The notes under the pieces are model-generated. The model was given only the letters and a program-made list of their open reading frames with translations. It made no database searches and was not told the origin of the DNA. This document shows positions 27,210-41,099 of a stretch of DNA of 64,000 nucleotides, piece by piece. Both the position numbers and the translations under genes were made by a program. Origin of the DNA: Lama guanicoe (Eukaryota); contig MU053881.1 of the NCBI GenBank assembly GCA_013239625.1, positions 11,088,873-11,152,872 of the forward strand, in the 5' to 3' direction. Position 1 is the stretch's first letter; each line of letters begins with the position of its first letter.

Positions 27210-27930
27210 TTGTGCAAAACAGTCCAGAAATTGTAAACAGAACTAAGAACTTATCCATGCTTTTCAAGGCCTCAGAAAGTACTGAAGAAGATAGGACATG
27301 TACAAATAGACATAAAAGTGTTAAGTGTTCCCATAAAGACCAATCTGAAACAGAAAGTGATTCAGATGAGGGAGAAATGCATGCCATTTAAGAGAAAAGG
27401 GACTGCATTTGGGAGGTATGGAATCTGAATAGGATCTTGAAGGACAAATAGGACGCTGGGGTGGGGGGAAGAGATGAAAAAGCAGAGTTATTCCAGGTGG
27501 ATGAATCATATTAGTAAAGTTACAGAGACAAACTAGTTCATGATGCAGCTGAACCACAGAGGATAGTGTACAAATGATTCTGGGATAGATTTTCAGTCAA
27601 TTTGGATTTCCTATCACATCTCGAACTGAATATTTTCCAACAAGATATATATCATCTGCCACCTCTAGCCATTATCTCCATTCTTATGACTAAAATGTCA
27701 ATAATCATTATGACTTCATCGTATTTAATATTCATTAAATTACTCACTCATTTATTTAACTCATGCATGCAAAATATTTTAAATACCTACTATGAATTAG
27801 ATAACAAAGAATAAAAAACATGAATAAAATGGGAAAATTCACCTTGATAATTTCCTAGAAAATAAATTATAATAAAGCACATTAGATATGATAATAGAGA
27901 GTTCCGGAGAATGCTCTAGGAATAATGACA
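27210..27930 (-). mobile_element. L2 fragments (two or more)
   Basis: gaatctgaataggatcttgaaggacaaatagg, and an antisense L2 tail cactcatttatttaactcatgcatgcaaaatattttaaatacctactatg. Confidence 0.55.
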
Positions 27931-29389
27931 TGTTTTTTCTCAGTTTCGCAAAATCTCCTACGCACTTGCAATGTGGCATGTAGTCTGCTAACCACTGAGA
28001 ATTTAAAGATGAATGTCAGTTGGTCATTGCCCTCCAGCTGCCCACAGTTGATTCGAGAATGCAGAGGACAAACAGATAATTGCAGTACAATGACTAAAAG
28101 CTGAGACTGAGGTGTGGCCATAATAAGAGTAACTAAATCTATTGGAAGAGAAAGATGGGTTAAGGGAATTTTGCTTCCTATGTGAAGCTCTCCTTACCTG
28201 ACCTTTACCTTCAAATAAAACCAGTTATTAAAATGGCACTGTGTGAGAACCTCAGGGGCATCACAGGAAATAGTGAATCAGTTTAGGTCCAGACTTAAAA
28301 AAAAAAAAAAGTCAAACGAGATATATGGCATGAAAGCTTGACTTCAGACATGGAGAATCTCAGTAAACTCCTTGGGAGAGACCTCTTTGCACTTTTCGAA
28401 TCCCAGATGTTTACCTTGATGGGTGTGCTTTTGTCCATCTTTATAGACCAAGAGAAGAGTCAAGGAGAATGACATGCAAAAATTCACTGGGTTGGCAGTA
28501 AGACAGTTAGTTGAGTGGCTTGGGATGGGAGGGGAAGGCAGCATAATAAGGAATGAAATGGGGATAGTGACTATCTTACCCAGAAAAGAAAGAGGAAAGA
28601 AATGAATACCTACTACCTGTTACCAATAACATTCTGGCTAGTCAGTTGATTTCTCAGATAGCCTCCAAGCACACCGTGTTAGCACAATGGGCTAGAATGT
28701 AGTACTTTCATTCATCTTAAATTACCTGCTTTTTGCCCTCTCCCTTTCCAAATGTTATGTTATGTAGTATTCAAGTCCACCTTTCTCTATTTAAATGCCA
28801 TCAGATTATTTTAGTCCATATAAATTTAATTCTTGACCTATGTCTGTGCTACTGAGACAAATTCTGTTTTGTCTTTATTATCCCCTCATTTCTTCAGTTC
28901 TACCCCACCTCACTCATATAAACCTCAGTCACCATACTTTTAATAGCTAAGCAAGTGTGTGTCTTCTTGACTACATACCACACCCACTCTACTCATCTTC
29001 TTATGATACATAATGAATTTAGTTCTGTTTTTTCTTTAGTACTTTTAAGTTTTTGGTCTCCATGTACTTAATGTGCTAATAGAAACCTTTACTCCCCTTT
29101 AAAATTTAAAAATACTAATAATTCCCCATCTCGATCTTTATATTTTCTTTCTTAAAAGGTCTTATGCTTTTCCTTCAGTTTCTTCAGTGTTTTTACCTTT
29201 TATTTCAGTAGCTGATAGTTTCAACTTCTGTTATGACTGTTGATCAATACTATATACAGTTTCTGCGTTTGGGGAAAACTGATTTTCTTTCTTTTCACTT
29301 CAAATTCTTTTCTTGATGATGCTTGTGTCAATTGTACATTTTGATATGAGCTGGTAAGTAGTAGGTCTAATAAAGTTAGTTACAACTTA

Positions 29390-29882
29390 TTTGGTTATAA
29401 GTTGATAGAAACATCAACTATTTTAGGCAAGAAGAGGGCTATTGGTTTAAAACATGCTAGACAATCTCCTATAATCAAACCACTAGAAGTGCAGAGTTCA
29501 TCTGGGTTTCAAGGTTAACTGGACACAGGGCATCCATGAGTCCGGGTTGCCTCCATTGCTCATTGTGTATGTACCTTGGGTTTATTCTCTCACACTGTGG
29601 ACTTGTTTTATCTAGATAGGAGGAAACGTAGCTGCCAACAGCTAACAAACTTCACATCCCTTAGCTGTTACCATCAAAGAGGGAGGACACTAACGTAGTC
29701 TCAGATCTTTAAAAATGTAATAAAAATTACAGGGAATGACTCTCAGAACTCATCTCTAGAAGTATGAGTTATGAAAGAATTAAGAATAATAGAGCAGAAA
29801 CCTGACAACTGGAGACTTTCTCTGTTTCCATTAAGAAGTAAGTGTATCAGCCAGGCAGCCGCATTCATTCATGTCTACTACA
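29390..29882 (-). mobile_element. Old MLT1 LTR
   Basis: Begins ttggttataagttgatagaaac and ends ccaggcag...atgtctactaca, an antisense MLT1 pattern. Confidence 0.5.
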
Positions 29883-30914
29883 AATAATATACACCGTACA
29901 ACACGAAGGACCGTGTTGGCATCATTTTCCACTGCATCTCAGGAGCCTGTATGTTAATTACATAATTGTTTCTCACAATTTGGAATACTGTCAGATATAG
30001 TGTAGTCACCTTTCTCTAGATCATGCATACGAATTTCTGAACTGAGGAAATAGAAAGTGACATTTCTGTGATTTAGGAAGTTTACTAATTTTATATCGAC
30101 CCCTTAGAGAATTGTGATAACCTAATAGCCACGGTTCACTTTAGGACAGCTATGGCAAATGATTCTGGGCAATCAATTAGCATCGTGTTTAGCAAAAGAT
30201 CCTTAAAAATTAATGCATGGAATAAAACAGTGTGGTTCTCATAACCTAGGATGTGAACACCACTTTCAATAATTCAGTAAGTTAGTTGTCTTTCTCAGTG
30301 TTTATTATAAGCTGACCAATCAATTCTTCAAGAATATAGGAAAGTTAAGGATCACTGAAGAAAATATATAACAAATACATATAAATAACTCTATATTCTA
30401 GTTTATATTATCTTTTGTAACCATATGACTTGGATGTATATATTCAAAATAAAGTATTAATATTTTTTTAACTGGGGCTGATATACTTCAAATTTTAAAA
30501 TTCTGCTCTCCAGAAAAATATATGTGTTAAGTTTCCTTCTGTGCCTAGAGTTTATGATGTGCATTTGGATGTGACTGTTAAACACTGATAATTTTTTTAA
30601 AAATAAAATTTAACTTGGAATTTTTTTTGTTCCTTTTCCAGGAAAAAAAGGAGGTATTTCTTTCCTTTAGCAAAATTACCCAGATTATTGGCTCTACCTC
30701 AGCTGTTCAGGTCTCTTCAGAGGATTCAGAATAGTGGGGTTTTCTTTACACTCTAATATATTTCATCTCATCACTTTTGATAATGATAGTTATTATTGCT
30801 GCTATTTTCATTATAAACAATGAACCAGCCTCTCTGTTGACTGTTTTGTTTGCATCAGACATTGTGCTTAACACTATAACTCATCTGCTTATTATTTAAT
30901 ATTGGTTTATACAT

Positions 30915-31290
30915 TTCTCCATTCAGCAAATATTTATTGAACTCCTACAGTGTTTTAGGTACAAAAAAATTCTCTCTCTTCAAGATCCTTCTGGAGCAGT
31001 GAAGGCATATTAACTAAACAAACAGATAATATATGGTGTTGAGTAATGATAATAATGACCATAATATAATGAAAACAATAATGATAATGACCTTTGAAGA
31101 AACAAACAAACTGAAAAAAAAAAACAGGCCAAATGATAGAGTGGCAGGGGCTGCTTTTTTTACATGGCATGTTCAAGAAGCCTCATCTAGGGACCATTTG
31201 AGCAGAGATCTGCAAGCATGAGGGAGTAATATATACAAATACCCGGGGAAAAGAGGGTTTTGGGCACTGAGGCCAGTAGTTGTGAAGGGA
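30915..31290 (-). mobile_element. L2 3' fragment
   Basis: cattcagcaaatatttattgaactcctacagtg is the reverse complement of the L2 tail. Confidence 0.8.
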
Positions 31291-31399
31291 AAGTTCTGGA
31301 GAGAGAGAGCTGTACATGGGTGAATGACCTAATTTGACTTCCACTGCTCAGGGGTGGGTTAAGGCTCGTCAGTTTGGACATGTGTGCCAACACATCCTG

Positions 31400-31567
31400 T
31401 CTACATGGCCATCAGAGAGGCATCACCTTGCCTCTCTGGGTCTCAGTTTCCCCATTTATAGGATAAGGACCACACATAGTTTGGAAATAAGGATTAAGTG
31501 AGGAAATTCACACAGATTAACACAGTACATGGCACACAATGAGTGCCTGAGAAATGTTTGCCATTAT
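31400..31567 (+). mobile_element. MIR SINE
   Basis: MIR core cctctctgggtctcagtttccccatttata...ggattaagtgag...tggcacacaatgagtgc...aaatgtttgccattat. Confidence 0.85.
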
Positions 31568-31576
31568 CATCATCAA

Positions 31577-31613
<37 letters not shown>
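31566..31613. repeat. (CAT)n trinucleotide microsatellite at the MIR tail
   Basis: About 15 units with one interruption, seen directly. Confidence 0.95.
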
Positions 31614-32566
31614 GTTGTTGTCCTTGCATTTGTTTTCTTAATGTTGAAAAACAAGATTATTTGCCTGCCTTAAAGTAGGACTGTAATCTGTGGTTCCCAC
31701 TTTATGGACAGAACGTCCAGAGCAACTGCACAGCTGAGAAGTATATACTATCATACACCTGTGTCTATAGAGGTGTGGGTTCTCATTTGGGAGAAGTCTA
31801 CACTCTCTTTAATTGCTTTCCATCAAAGGAAGAATAAATTGAGGATGATTAAATTAAGTGAACTGGAGAAAGCCTATTACTAATGTAAATCATTATAAAA
31901 GCTTCAGTAGGCAAAGAAGTAAAAAAAAAACTAGAGAATATAATGTAGTATCTTTGGATAGTCTTCTGGTAGACAATTAAATTGCTAAAAGTGAGACAGT
32001 ACCATTAATAATTGCACATTTCGTTTAGTATATAATTATTCACTGTGGCCCTGCTAGCTTTCTTAAGCTTAGAAATGGAAGTGACCCTCTTATTCTGACT
32101 ATACTTACTCCTCTGAGTATCTAAAACTGTCTCCATTTATCTTCATTCACCTTGTACAAAGTGCATAAGGAAGGGAATACCTCTTTGTCTCTTTAAGACT
32201 AAAGTGTCAAATGAAAACAGCCATCCCTCCATAAGAGGATAAGGAATACTTACCACCCTGGATATAATAAATATGCTGACTTATTATATGTCTAGTACCC
32301 CAAGTGAAGAGCCTATTTCTGGACAGAAAATTCTAAAAAACCATAATGAATTATGGTAGACTTCAGTGGTTCTAAATCAGCCCAATTCTCTACTCAAAAT
32401 ATGTCACAGATTAAGAAAAAAAAAAAAAGACTATTCTTTAGCAACATGCTTAAAGTCACTACCCAATAATTACTGTATGACTACTTACCAAACACGTAAT
32501 TATAGTCTCTGTTTATAGAGTTTCTTTCAATTGTAAAGAACTTTCATGGTCACTATTCCTGATTAA

Positions 32567-32770
32567 AATAATAGTAATAATACTTAAGATTTATTGAGAA
32601 TACTTACTATGTGCCAGGTACTTTCCATAAATTATCTCCTTTCATTCTCACAACAGCTCCAACGTGGATTCTGTTTTTCCATAATTTATAGATCAGAAGC
32701 TGAGATTCAGAAATGCTAAGTAATTTGCAAGCTTTCACAGATATTGAATTAAAAATCCAGTTTTCAAATC
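32567..32770 (-). mobile_element. MIR SINE
   Basis: atttattgagaatacttactatgtgccaggtact...ttcattctcacaacagc...gctgagattcagaaatgctaagtaatttgc. Confidence 0.85.
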
Positions 32771-33189
32771 TTCTTCTTAAGTATGACCCTATACAGTGTC
32801 TCTTACAAATTTATTATCTGGCAAGGTAACAGGATAGGAATAATTGTTCTGTAAAAAAACACACAAAACTTTGAAGTAATTTTTAAAATAATAGCGTCCA
32901 AGAAGTAATCTGACTAGGATGACAAAGTCAATCAAAGGCAACCAGGACAAGAATTTCAGCTGAGAAGGATGAAGCGTCCTTGACTTTGTGAGTAATAGCC
33001 AGGTGTTGCCCTTTCATGCAATCACAAAGCAGAAAATAAAACTAGAACAACAACACAGATTTCTGGATTTAGAAAATATGTTCCAACCAATTAAAGTTTC
33101 TAGCTATATAAAGCTAGACTCAATGCCTACCTCAAGGCTAAATTAAGTTTACTTTGAGCTAATGTTTTTTTCTCTGAAATCTTCAACTT

Positions 33190-33538
33190 GCTCGTTCTTT
33201 CTAATCATTTTGGTCACAGCTCAAATACCACATTTTGTGACAGACCTTTCCTGACTCCTAATATAAAACAGCAGTTCTCTTCCCCATCCCAATCACTCTC
33301 TGCCATATAACTATCCCACTAACTGAGTATGTTATCTTTGTAGTGCTCACTGCCATGTGAACATATTTTATTTATTTATTCTCTTGTCATTCTCTCTCTC
33401 CATTACTAGAATGTAAGTTAAATGACAGTGTTACCTTATCTATTTGATTTGTTTCTCTCTCTCTAATGTTTACATGGGTGCCTGTGCTCATAACAGGTGC
33501 TCAATAAATATTTAGTGAATGAATAAACGAATGAATAG
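33190..33538 (+). mobile_element. L2 3' end
   Basis: Canonical tail aggtgctcaataaatatttagtgaatgaataaacgaatgaata. Confidence 0.9.
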
Positions 33539-34529
33539 ATTTGGTATAATTATTGGGTTCTAAACAAACAATGTGATCACCAGTGTATGTGTTTATGTCT
33601 GTATAAATGTGTATATGGATCGACACAGATACACAGACACATACTTACACATACTCACATACAAGGTGTATTTTAAAATCTGCAGCTCTATTTTTACTCC
33701 ACATCTTTAATTAGTAATCAGATCACCAACCATATTGACAACGCTTGGAAAGAGGCCTAATGAAAATATAAATTCAAAATCGTCTTTAATGAAGGACAAC
33801 AAGCCAAGAGAGAAATAAAAAATCTGTCCCCCAGACTTCATTAGGAGGCTTCTCAGCCCATCAGACCCATAAGGACTTCAGTGTTGGAGTTTGGTAAGCT
33901 ATGTAAGAAGAGTAAAAAAAACAATGAAATGACTGGAGAGCACTTATTGAAGGAGTCAGGTTAAAGTTTAGCATTTAAAAGAATTCTCAACGTACCTTAG
34001 AAATCATTTAAATAAAAGAACACAGATTGTCACTGAACCAGGGCATTCTAATATTTTTGTTGCTTTCCTGTTTAAATCAGAACAGGCAATTATATAGTTT
34101 CAAATCAGCAAAATAAGTGACTCAAAAGTTTTATGTTTGAGTGAATAATGGACACACCAATTAAATGTAATTATGAAGCTTAGTTAATCTAACTCACCTC
34201 CTCAACACAACAAAATCTCTAGTTATGGACGCGACCCAATTCTATCTTTGCATATTACCCATTAGTGGTGCTAATAGGATTTGAGCCAAATTTTGAAAAA
34301 GCATTATGAAGCTGATTTTTATTGCTATCCTAGATCTCCTAGGCTTAAGCTTTCCTGTCATTAATCTACAAATTATAGACACTGATAAAAGTGTGCATAT
34401 GAACTGAGATACCAGTTTTGAAAGAAAGCAGTGTAATTCCACAGGCTCCATAATAAAATAACTGGATCTGGAATTGGGTGCAGGGAGGTTTTTCTGAGGA
34501 AACAACTCCAAATTTGACCTTAAGTATGA

Positions 34530-34795
34530 ATAAAAGTTCGTAACTGTGATAAGCAGGACAGGGGGGAAATGGAAGCAGGCAAAATAGCATGACAAAGGTT
34601 CCTAACTTGCAGTCAACATGGAGCTCTAAGGAAACTGAAAAACCCAGATGGCCAGAGCTGAGAGACTGAAGCAGCAAGTAGCAAGTGTTACATAATACAG
34701 GAGAGGTGAAGAGCAAAATCATATTGGTCCTTGTAATATTGCTTACGGATTTTCTGCTTTTCTCTTATAGCAATAAGAGGCATTGAAAACTTTCA
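34530..34795 (-). mobile_element. L2 fragment
   Basis: aggcaaaatagcatgacaaaggttcc...ttctcttatagcaataagaggcattgaaaactttca. Confidence 0.6.
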
Positions 34796-34804
34796 ATGTG
34801 TATT

Positions 34805-34841
34805 TGTGTGTGTGTGTGTGCATGCGTGCGTGTGTGTGCAT
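34805..34841. repeat. Compound (TG)n/(TGCG) microsatellite
   Basis: Seen directly in the sequence. Confidence 0.9.
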
Positions 34842-35220
34842 GAAGAGAGGGAAATGTGTTAAGTTTGGGAAGTAGGTATCATTGGACAAGAATTAGTTTG
34901 GTAGGTTCATCTATGATTTTATGGTGATATCAAGAGCAATAATGTAGAAAGAAATGCTTTAACTCTTAATCATTGCCCTTTAAACCCCCTACTAGACCAC
35001 CAATTTCTAGTTGGTACTTACTCAACAGCTTCTTTAACCTGAGGAATTCATTTCCTAATGTATGTACAACTAATCATTTTACTGTTGTCTCTTGGTGATT
35101 TAGAATGGAGTCAAACCAGTTCTCAAGTCAAATAATCTCACTCACCCATTCTCCTTTATTTGAGACTTACAAGAACTATCCACCCCAGCCTCACAGGCTA
35201 ATTACCTCAAGGGAATATGG

Positions 35221-35405
35221 AAAATCAGCTACATAGTATTGTGAGGTCCAGTGCAAAATAAAAAAAAAAAAAACAGGTCTCTTGGCTAAAAATTATTAAG
35301 AATTTTAAGATGACACTATTAGTGTATTAAACTAAGAATGGCTCTCTTCTAAGCCCAGGGTCTTGGAGCTACTGCATAGACTGCATGACTAAGAGGTTGA
35401 CCTTG
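35221..35405 (-). mobile_element. MER91A-like hAT-Tip100 element
   Basis: gctacata...ccagtgcaaaat...aaaaattattaagaattttaagatgac...attaaactaag matches the reverse complement of MER91A. Confidence 0.75.
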
Positions 35406-35831
35406 GAAATCTAGTCTTTTGCAACCCAAAGAGTGAACTTGATTGACCCAGAAATGGTTATGAGGCCAAAACTCTCATCAATGAGGCATAGTGGGGAGGA
35501 TACTTTGTTCAGTGGCTTCTGGAAATTTTCCTATTTCTTAGGCGAGGATGAAGGCACAAATGATCTTTTTGTTTCCTTTTGTTGTTCTTTCTGGATTTGA
35601 GGGCTGGAAATGTTGCATCCATCTTGAATGGAACAAATGTTTATGATGGCAGAGACCAGAAATAAAAAAGAACTGGTAGAGCTGATCACATTGTTGTTCC
35701 AATAAATCAACCAACCCGGACACCGAACATGAATCAAGACTTCCTATTACACTGATAATACATTTTCCTTATTGTTTGTCATTCTGAGTCAGGGTTTTTG
35801 TTATTAGAAGGCAGAAGCATTCCAACTTACA
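35406..35831 (+). mobile_element. MLT1J-like LTR
   Basis: Ends ttccttattgtttgtcattctgagtcagggtttttgttattagaaggcagaagcattccaacttaca. Confidence 0.65.
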
Positions 35832-36959
35832 AAAATAATAAAGTCTCTCAAACTAAGTTTGCTGAAAGAAGTATTCCTTTTCCAGTTAGTAATATTTATT
35901 GCATTGTTAAATACCTCTTGGAGCTGTACATGCTTGGAAGAAATGGGTATCACCTAGGATAACAGAAGTTGGCAGTTTGTTTCTCAAAAGATAAAGAAAT
36001 CATATGAGAAAAAATAAAATGTAATAACATTATCAATGTTGGCATATTCCAGGAGAATAAATGTTTAATTGTAAGATTCCTGCCAGGTGAGCAACACTCT
36101 TCCAGGTTGGCTTCTCCTAACATTAAATATGGATATGGATTTTGATGCTACTTTTGTAGGAAAGTTTTGTAATGAAAGAAGATATCATCCAGAGCTCTCA
36201 GAAGGCAAAGAAAATTACCACACATTGCTATCAGATAAGCAAGTGAAAGACAAGAGAACAGCTATGAAAATTAATCAGAATAAAATTATGTAAAACAAAA
36301 GTGAGAGTGTTTTCCCTGAAGAATTAATTAGAGTAGCTATCCTCATCTGCAACACCCTCTCCATCCATTTTTTTCAGTTTGTATATGGTTACATACCCCT
36401 TTTAAACTTAAACAAAAGAAGAAAACACCAGAGGGTCTATCCACTTTGCTTCTGTGAATTTATAGGATGACAAAAACAAGACATCTTGGTTTCATTCACC
36501 CACAAAATTATTTTTAGGAACTGAAGTGAGCACAACGTATGATCCTATCTAGCTGTCCTGGATCATAGAGGCAATAAATCGGCAAAGTCATGTTTGAATC
36601 CAAAAATTGAAGCCTTTGTTCTTAATTTCTGCAAATCAAAATCTTTTTTTCATACATAAAATCATAGCTATGATAAAAGGAAACTCATGGTGCTGAACCA
36701 ACAAAACGGAAGTAAAAGCAAAGTTACCCAGAAAGTTTAGCTGTGTCTTAATTGAAATGATTTTGTTCCTGAGTGAATCTTTAAAGGCTAAGTGATAATT
36801 TTATATGTAAAAATGTAGTAAATAAATTTTTAGTCACAAAAGGCAAAATGCATAAATATTTACTGCACTTCAATCTTCTGAGTGGTCCTGTGGCTGGTAG
36901 AACCTATTCAGGGAGGCTGACTTGACAATATTGTACAAGATGACCTTGGGTCGTAGGTT

Positions 36960-38500
36960 TCTATACTATTATTTTATCCCTGCTCCCAAAAGAACTTACA
37001 ATCCTCCTGGAGAAACAAGAAATTAAAAGGTAAAATGGTAAGTGAAAATAATAAATTTAAATAATGTTTCCATACAAAAGAAAGGAAATATATTCATTGG
37101 AAATAAATGGTTACTTTCCAAATGAATCATAGAAACAAAATTTTTAGATGTTCAAATGCACAGAAGACCCTTTTCAATAGATTGGTCAGGGCAGCCGTGT
37201 GTAGAGGTAAGATGTGAGCCAGGTTTCAAAAGACAGGTTAAATGTATAATATAGGAATGGGCTAGCATTCCAAGATGGTGGGAAACTGGAGGCAAAAGCA
37301 CAAGAGTAGACAAGTGTAAGTGAAAACAGATGTGAGAAAAATTGAGACTTCGTAGAAAAGAGAAGAACAAAGTAGGGAGCTGGTTGGTGCCAAGTCCTGG
37401 ATGGCCTTGAATATTAGGCTCTGACTTTGGAAGTAAACATTGTAGATAACTCCAGGAGTTTCTTGACTGACATGCTGGAAGTATAGAGTTGTTCATGTTG
37501 CACTATTGTGCACGATGAATTAAAACAGGAAGAGCCTAGAGTCAGAGGAACCAGTCAATAGACAAATACAGCATGACCTATCAGGATATGGATGTGCCAG
37601 TAGGTATGGAGAGAATAAAGGATATTATCAGGAAAGAATCAATACAAGTCATTAACTGATGAGATAGAGGGCAAAGGACAATGCGGTGGCTCTGATAATT
37701 CCAATACCTTAGCCACGGAGGCAGGACTAAATCTAGAAAGTGTTCTTTTAGGATGACAACAGACCATGTAAGTGGAAATATGCAGCAAGCTGCCCTATAA
37801 TGGGAAGTAAAATACAGGTCTGAGAGGCATCCTTACGGAGAACACTGATGTGGTTACTGACGGGCCCTCCAACGTACAGAGTGTGAGCAAAGGAGGGCAG
37901 GGCACTCTGTGCTTTCTTGCTTCACAGGCACTGGCTCATTTCTCTGCCTGGAAAGTTCTCGTCTACCTTCTGCCCTGTACATTTTGTACTCACCTGTGAA
38001 GTCTCGGCACAAAAGTCATTCCAGCACGGCTTTCTCTGACAAATGCAGAGTATTTTATCCCTTTTTGCTCTTTCTGCACCTATTTATTTATTCATTAACC
38101 AGATATTCATTGGGCACCGACTACGATATTGACGTTGCTCCAGGTACAGGGGAACCAGTGCTGAACAGAACAGTGTCCCTGCTCTTAGGGGTGTGCTTAA
38201 TACTCTAGTTTGGTCAGACAGACAACCAACCAACCAATCAAAAAACATGTAATATTTCAGGTGGTGATGACTGTGTTTAAGTGAAGAGCTATTTTAGATT
38301 GTGTGGTCAGAGAAGCCCAGCTGGCAAAATGACCTTTGATCAGGGATCCAAAGGAAGAAAGTGAGTAAACTTACTGGACAAGGAGAATGTTCTAGGTAGA
38401 GCGACCAGCAATTGCAATGACCTTGAGCAGGAGCGTGCTTAGCATGTTTGAGAATCAGCAAGAGGCTAAGGTGACTGGAGTTGAATGGGTTTATCAGGGG
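36960..38500. mobile_element. Cluster of L2 fragments, mostly antisense
   Basis: Includes tttattcattaaccagatattcattgggcaccgactac...gaacagaacagtgtccctgctc (38080 onward) and an antisense L2 body at 37180-37880. Confidence 0.75.
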
Positions 38501-38859
38501 TAGTGGTGAGTGACGGGAAAGAGTATCAGTCCAGGATTAGAGATTCAGAATTCTAGAGAATTACAGAGCATGCGCAAGGATTTGGGGAGTTGTCGGAGGC
38601 TTGTGATTACTGACGTTAACTAGTCTGAGCAGCACTGACTCCAGGGTAGCCTGAATATCACAGATGAAGCGAAGAAGGTCTAAGGTACCAGCAGAGTTCA
38701 CTGAGTAATACAAAAGGTAGATGGGAAACAGGGAAATGATGATGTGGTGGAGGTGTTTTTTTTTAATGTGTGCTGGGATTGTTGGGGAGATAAGGAGACT
38801 TGAGAAGTTAACAGCCAGGTGAAAGAAAGAGAATAAGAAAAGCCTTTTAATAGTTACCT

Positions 38860-39296
38860 TGTGCCTTTTCCCTCTAGCAGGTTGTGCGCTCCCTCCCAGC
38901 TACTCGGGGCCCACGGCCACCTCCTCCTCTGGAGGACAGCCCTAGGTTACATGGGATCTCCTCACTGAAGGGCAGCCCTAGGTTAGAGGGACTCTCCTCA
39001 CTCAGAAGGCTGAGGCCTCCCAAAGCCTCCACACAGCCAGTAATCAACTAAAACAGGAAATAACAGCCAGTCCCTCTGCCTCCAGGAGGGAACCATTCTC
39101 CATTGCAGTTCATGTTCTAGGGCCCTCATCTGTGGGTAAGACCAAGGTTGCACTTTACCCGAGACCACGTTTTCGCTCGGTTCCCTCTTCTTACCAAATC
39201 TGGTTTCACTCCCCTGCTTTTAGAGGGTTTTCCTACGGCGGACTCCCTCAGTCAAGCACTTCTAGGCTTTGCTTCTCAGAAACCTGACCTAAGACA
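38860..39296 (+). mobile_element. ERVL-type LTR (LTR16-like)
   Basis: A GC-richer block ending in aggctttgcttctcagaaacctgacctaagaca, an LTR16/33-family terminus. Confidence 0.7.
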
Positions 39297-41099
39297 AGTC
39301 TTGTAGCTTCTGCTACTTTCATTTTCCACAACACTTAATACAATGCAATGCTGAGTACACCATCAGTGCCTAATAGATGTCTGCTGAATTAGAGAACAGG
39401 CATGGGGTATGATAAAAGAGAATGCTATCTATTAAAATTGTAAAATACCGTGTGATATCATAGCATTCAGGGTAATTATTTCTAATTTAAGTAATTCGAG
39501 GAAAACTAACAAAAAGATTATATATGCAAGCAAATAATGACGTAATTTGTATTTTATGTGTAAATAATTAAAAAATTTTATGAGTCACTCTTCCTGTGTT
39601 TAAGACTGTTTGTCACTTTTTTTGTCTATAATCCAAGTAAGACCTTTTGCAAATTAACTTGAGTACTGTCTGCCTCCTCTTAAGACTCTTATTAGACACT
39701 GATGAATTATCCTAAACCATAGCATCTTGCTATCTTCCACGACATTTAACTTTAGTCACCCGACTGCACAGAGTGCTGAGAAAGATTTTGTTTATTTGCC
39801 GAGATGGTGCATTTTAAACCTAATGCGCATGATGTGGTGAGATAAATCCTAAGAATATTCTGTGCTTAGTTCAAAGTCCTTGGTTTTAATATTTGTCTTC
39901 CTTGGGGAAAAAACACTCATTAGAAAGTTGTATTCTATACTCAGAGGATTCTGTTCAGAGAGGCTGATTCATTTCTAGTGTAGTGTATACCCCTCTTCTC
40001 CTCCTCCCTCCCTCTGCATTCATCCCAATGCTTTTCACTTATTGTCATAAAAAATTTCATAACATTCTTAGATGACATCTAGTGTACATTTTTTAGTTTG
40101 GTCTCACACACTTTTAGGTTTTATTTCATTTTGTTTTGTCATTTAACTTTCTACCCAGTTAACCCCAGTATTACACATGTCTCTTGCCACATGGTTTTTA
40201 TGCTGACATATGTCCATTTTGAATTGCTAATATAAATAAAATTAGAAAGTTATTATGACCATTCCCATGTAATATAACAAAGTTATTAGCCTCATTAGGT
40301 ATATAAGATTCTTTCAAGTTTACCCTTTTGGTAAGTCAATTTCAAATTGTTTCAAGTATTGGGCTGGGAAGTACCTGCATAATGCAGCTATATGGTCATT
40401 TTCCTTAGAGTCCTTTTATATATGAAAAAAGCTGTATATGTTGACCATTGACTACATATAAGTTTCTATGGGTATATGAGAAATCCACAATGCTTAAAGA
40501 CCTCACTGCTGTCGTGAAGAGTCACTTATATGCGGCATGTAAGGTCACACGTATATTAGACAAGGAGTTATGAAAGAACAATTCTGTACTCTAGTCCTGT
40601 CAATTATTCTCCACCGCTTATGGAATTAAAGAAATGTCATACCCTGGCACTTGTTAACTTCTAAAGTCTTCTTTTGTTTCTATTCCCCATATGTACTTTG
40701 TTTTTACTTTTTATTAAAAAAGTAACCCAAAGCAAGCGTAGAACGGAAGCTCTACAATTTGTTTAATCCCATGAGATTAGTTATCTAACTTTTCACTATT
40801 ACACTATGGTAACTTCCACTCACATGAATCTTTTCACACATGCCTGACTATTCTTAAAAAAATAAATATCTAGGGGTGATCTATTGCAAAAAAGAGACTG
40901 AACTTGTTTTCATTGGCTTATCAGCCATTTATAATTTACTTGTCCATTAGTGTACTGGTAGTATTGTGTTGTAGGTTAAAGTAAAAAATCAACACATATT
41001 ATCAAACATTTGTTTGAAATATATGTAAAATTTATACCTCAGTTTATAATTTTTATTATTTCCATTATTTCTTATTAGATAGGAGTGACATATATATAT

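Noticed and set aside
30642..30653. Plus-strand 12-nt micro-exon-like motif (ttttccag|gaaaaaaaggag|gtattt)
   Set aside because: Isolated, with a weak donor. It shows that such motifs occur by chance, which tempers the minus-strand chain.
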